Origin: a virus | Virus record (IMG/VR): IMGVR_UViG_3300006098_000001 | Direction: 5' to 3' (one strand) | DNA: 64,000 bases | In this document: in pieces, positions 61,527 to 64,000 of the stretch | Numbering within the stretch: position 1 is the stretch's first letter | Layout: each line of letters opens with the position of its first letter | Program-made: the position numbers and the translations under genes | Notes under the pieces: generated by a model | Databases searched by the model: none | What the model was told of the DNA's origin: nothing | What the model saw: the letters and a program-made list of their open reading frames with translations, nothing else

Positions 61527-62633
61527 ATGTCTACTTATGGTTTGAAGGATGCGTCAAATATCACATTTGTAAAGCGTGGTACTACTACTCCCGTTTTATA
61601 CATTGATTACGCAAACCAAACAAATACTCAATGGCAATCTAACCGTGTATATGCCAAGAAGAAGGGTACACAAGCAATTGCATGGGACTCTGCACGGACT
61701 GGTAAGTTAACCATTCAAACTGAAATGTTTGATCTTCGGCTCTTAGCAATGATGGCCGGTGATGATGACTTACATAAGGGAACAAACACTATCTTTAAGC
61801 GAAAAGTATTCCAATTACGAGGAGATCGCTTAATTGATTTAGGCGCAAAGCCAGTTGAAGGTTCTGTATCTGTGTTCCGTGTAGACGACAAGGATAAGCG
61901 TGAACACATTACTGAAATCCCTATGTTAGTTTCTGGAGACGCTGGTTCAGTTCCACAAATGGTAACTGATGTTGCTGTTTCTGCCAAGGATACAACTGCA
62001 ACAATTACTTGGAGTTCTACAGCCAATGCAACTAGTTATGTTGTTTACCGAAATGGAGTAGCTACTGGATACCCTGTTGGTACTTCATTTAACGACTCAA
62101 ACTTAACTCCTGAAACAGAATACAAGTACACAGTTGTTGCTAAGAATGAGGCAGGACAATCAGTTCAATCTGCTGAAGTAGTTATTACTACTGCTACATC
62201 AGGTACTAAAGAGGCCGGCGCTGCTGTTAAGGCAACTGAAGATGCAATCAAGAAGGCACAAGAAAATGCTAGTGGGGCCAACTTAAATGGCTTGTACTTC
62301 AAGATGACTGATGGTGGAAACGGAATTCAACTTTCTGATGAAGCCGTTGTCGGTGCTGCTTACGCAGTGTACTACGTTGTAAAGCAAGACGGTGTATCTT
62401 CCTACACTATCAATGCACTTAAGTTTGCAACTAACTACGAAATTTACGCCGATGCCGTAATTCGTTCCCAAGACGGTGAAGATAAGTTTGCGCAAATTCA
62501 CTTTACTAATGTAAAGCCCGCTGCAAATGTAACATTCAACCAAAACTCAGAACAAGTAACTTCCCTTTCATTAGAATTTGACTTGTTAGCTGATGAAAAT
62601 AACGACCAAGCTATTTACGAATACATCGAATAG
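61527..62633 (+). CDS. major tail-type protein with an inserted fibronectin type III (Ig-like) domain
   Basis: TATITWSSTANATSYVVYRNGVATGYPVGTSFNDSNLTPETEYKYTVVAKNEAGQS is a clear FN3 signature. Strong RBS; followed by hairpin and terminator. Confidence 0.5.
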   Translation: MSTYGLKDASNITFVKRGTTTPVLYIDYANQTNTQWQSNRVYAKKKGTQAIAWDSARTGKLTIQTEMFDLRLLAMMAGDDDLHKGTNTIFKRKVFQLRGDRLIDLGAKPVEGSVSVFRVDDKDKREHITEIPMLVSGDAGSVPQMVTDVAVSAKDTTATITWSSTANATSYVVYRNGVATGYPVGTSFNDSNLTPETEYKYTVVAKNEAGQSVQSAEVVITTATSGTKEAGAAVKATEDAIKKAQENASGANLNGLYFKMTDGGNGIQLSDEAVVGAAYAVYYVVKQDGVSSYTINALKFATNYEIYADAVIRSQDGEDKFAQIHFTNVKPAANVTFNQNSEQVTSLSLEFDLLADENNDQAIYEYIE

Positions 62634-62638
62634 CTATT

Positions 62639-62669
62639 AGCTGGATGGGGTTCGACTCCCCATTCAGCT
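62639..62669 (+). other. T-loop minihelix-like hairpin (12-bp stem + TTCGACT loop) directly after the tail gene
   Basis: AGCTGGATGGGG/TTCGACT/CCCCATTCAGCT, the same geometry as a tRNA acceptor-T minihelix. Confidence 0.6.
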
Positions 62670-62720
62670 TTCAACTAAGTAGATTAAATTAATCCATTTA
62701 TACGGTTATGAATGGACAGA

Positions 62721-62748
62721 AAGTCCGAAACCTCGGGCTTTATTTTTT
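62721..62748 (+). terminator. intrinsic terminator
   Basis: AAGTCCGA-AACC-TCGGGCTT + TATTTTTT. Confidence 0.7.
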
Positions 62749-62785
62749 CAAGAATTTATAGATTTTACAAAAAGGGGAATCGTTG

Positions 62786-64000
62786 ATGGAGAAAACGATT
62801 AAGTATTTAGAAAACGGAGAATACCATTATGCTACAGTTCGCTCTGTTGGTGATTTGGCACAATTAAAGACTGATTCAAAGGAAACACTTGTCGAAGCCA
62901 TCAACGAGCTCTGGAATGGTGGAGGTAATGCTGATCCAAGTAAAGCACCAAAACCAGAAGGCTATGACCAATTAGTTCAAGATGTTGCTGATGCTGTAAA
63001 GAATCAACAAGAAATCAGTCAACAATGGATTGAGTGGCAAAACGAAGAAGCTCAATTAACGGAAGAACGAAAACAAGCTTATCTTCAAGCAATGAAAGAA
63101 ATGCAAGAAGCCATTGATAAGGCTAAAGCAGATGCAGCGGCTCTTGATGATAAGACAGCTAAATTGGACGAACAAATTACTAAGACCTTTAGTGATCTTG
63201 ATACATCAATCCAAAATATGCATGAACAGCTTCAAAAAGAAGCAGATCGCATGAATAAAGATTTACAAGACACTAAGGGAACCTTGTCAACCCTTCGTAC
63301 CGATTTGCAAAATACGCAAATGGATAATGGGAAAATTCATGACGAGCTAACTAATATTAATGGGAAATTTGAACACAAAGTTTGGCAAACAGATTTGGAT
63401 CCATTAAAGGAGCAGATCGACAGAGCAGAAACCAGTGTTCAACAGACCAAAGATGAGTTACTTGGAAAGGCGAGTCGTCAAGACCTAGATACAGTAAGTA
63501 ACACTGTTTCTAAGCTTGATACGCAACTGAAAGAAACCGCTAAAGGTGTAGAAATCAGCGTTAAGAAAGCTGAACTTGGTGGTGAAATCGCTGAGGCGCT
63601 GACTAATAAAACGAACATTTTACTAGGTACAAGAAGATTCACTACTAATAACTGGCAGCAACGAGAGCATGTTGAAATATGTAGCGATCCTTGGAAGGGA
63701 TTCTTAGTAGCTAAGCAAAATAGTCCAATTGAGGGTATCCAACAAGCTTATGAAGCAAAAGCTGGAACTACCTATACCTTTAGTCTTTTTGCAAAGATGG
63801 ATACTTTGGACGATAGTAGCAAACCGCAAATTATTCTTGCCAAGAATAACCTTGATACTAGTCTAGATACCAAAATTGATGTATGGCGTAAAGAAATTGA
63901 TGATATTACCTCTGATTTCAAGAGATATGATTTGACCTTTACCCCAAGTGAAGATTGCACAATTTATCCTCATGTTATATCAAATAGCAATAATCCTATA
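62786..64000 (+). CDS. coiled-coil tail/fibre-type structural protein, 5' part (open to window end)
   Basis: Own translation MEKTIKYLENGEYHYATVRSVGDLAQLKTDSKETLVEAINELWNGGG... 405 codons with no stop. Long heptad-rich middle. Confidence 0.6.
   Translation, partial: MEKTIKYLENGEYHYATVRSVGDLAQLKTDSKETLVEAINELWNGGGNADPSKAPKPEGYDQLVQDVADAVKNQQEISQQWIEWQNEEAQLTEERKQAYLQAMKEMQEAIDKAKADAAALDDKTAKLDEQITKTFSDLDTSIQNMHEQLQKEADRMNKDLQDTKGTLSTLRTDLQNTQMDNGKIHDELTNINGKFEHKVWQTDLDPLKEQIDRAETSVQQTKDELLGKASRQDLDTVSNTVSKLDTQLKETAKGVEISVKKAELGGEIAEALTNKTNILLGTRRFTTNNWQQREHVEICSDPWKGFLVAKQNSPIEGIQQAYEAKAGTTYTFSLFAKMDTLDDSSKPQIILAKNNLDTSLDTKIDVWRKEIDDITSDFKRYDLTFTPSEDCTIYPHVISNSNNPI

Overview
Low-GC (about 35-40% by eye) Firmicutes/Lactobacillales-style DNA (AGGAGG-type RBSs, RepA_N initiator). 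It reads as a large tailed phage that also carries a full plasmid-maintenance kit, a P1-like phage-plasmid layout. Layout: (i) 1-1290, an IS200/IS605 element (tnpA + tnpB, running off the left edge). (ii) 1300-8050, packed minus-strand small early-type genes plus a deoxynucleoside kinase and an HNH-like protein. (iii) 8075-12058, a 3.9 kb ORF-free RNA island on the minus strand with its own promoter and terminator. It holds a tmRNA, three foldable tRNAs, several architecturally aberrant tRNA-like elements and long hairpin-dense spacers, one of them 850 nt. (iv) 12100-25506, nucleotide metabolism and replication genes: NrdH, PnuC, SPFH, RecD2-like helicase, DnaB-like helicase, Mre11/SbcD-like phosphoesterase, Sak4-like ATPase and dNMP kinase. 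(v) 25663-36183, an accessory block with two tyrosine recombinases, secreted/membrane proteins, MazF-like toxin, Phd/Doc, a clamp-like protein and many small acidic proteins. (vi) 36190-41980, about 5.8 kb that is almost ORF-free. It contains tandem consensus promoters with palindromic operators, small-peptide/antisense modules, and an extreme strand-composition mirror (C-poor arm then G-poor arm) full of short repeats. (vii) 41984-47848, ParMR-like and ParA/RHH partition cassettes, RepA_N initiator, iterons and a candidate countertranscript. (viii) 48019-64000, plus-strand late genes: sigma-like factor, HU/TF1-like protein, a terminase large subunit split by a LAGLIDADG-containing intron, portal, scaffold-like protein, capsid and tail genes. 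Everything was called by eye from sequence motifs and the supplied ORF track. No database search or folding program was run, so RNA-family assignments and most structural-protein names are hypotheses.
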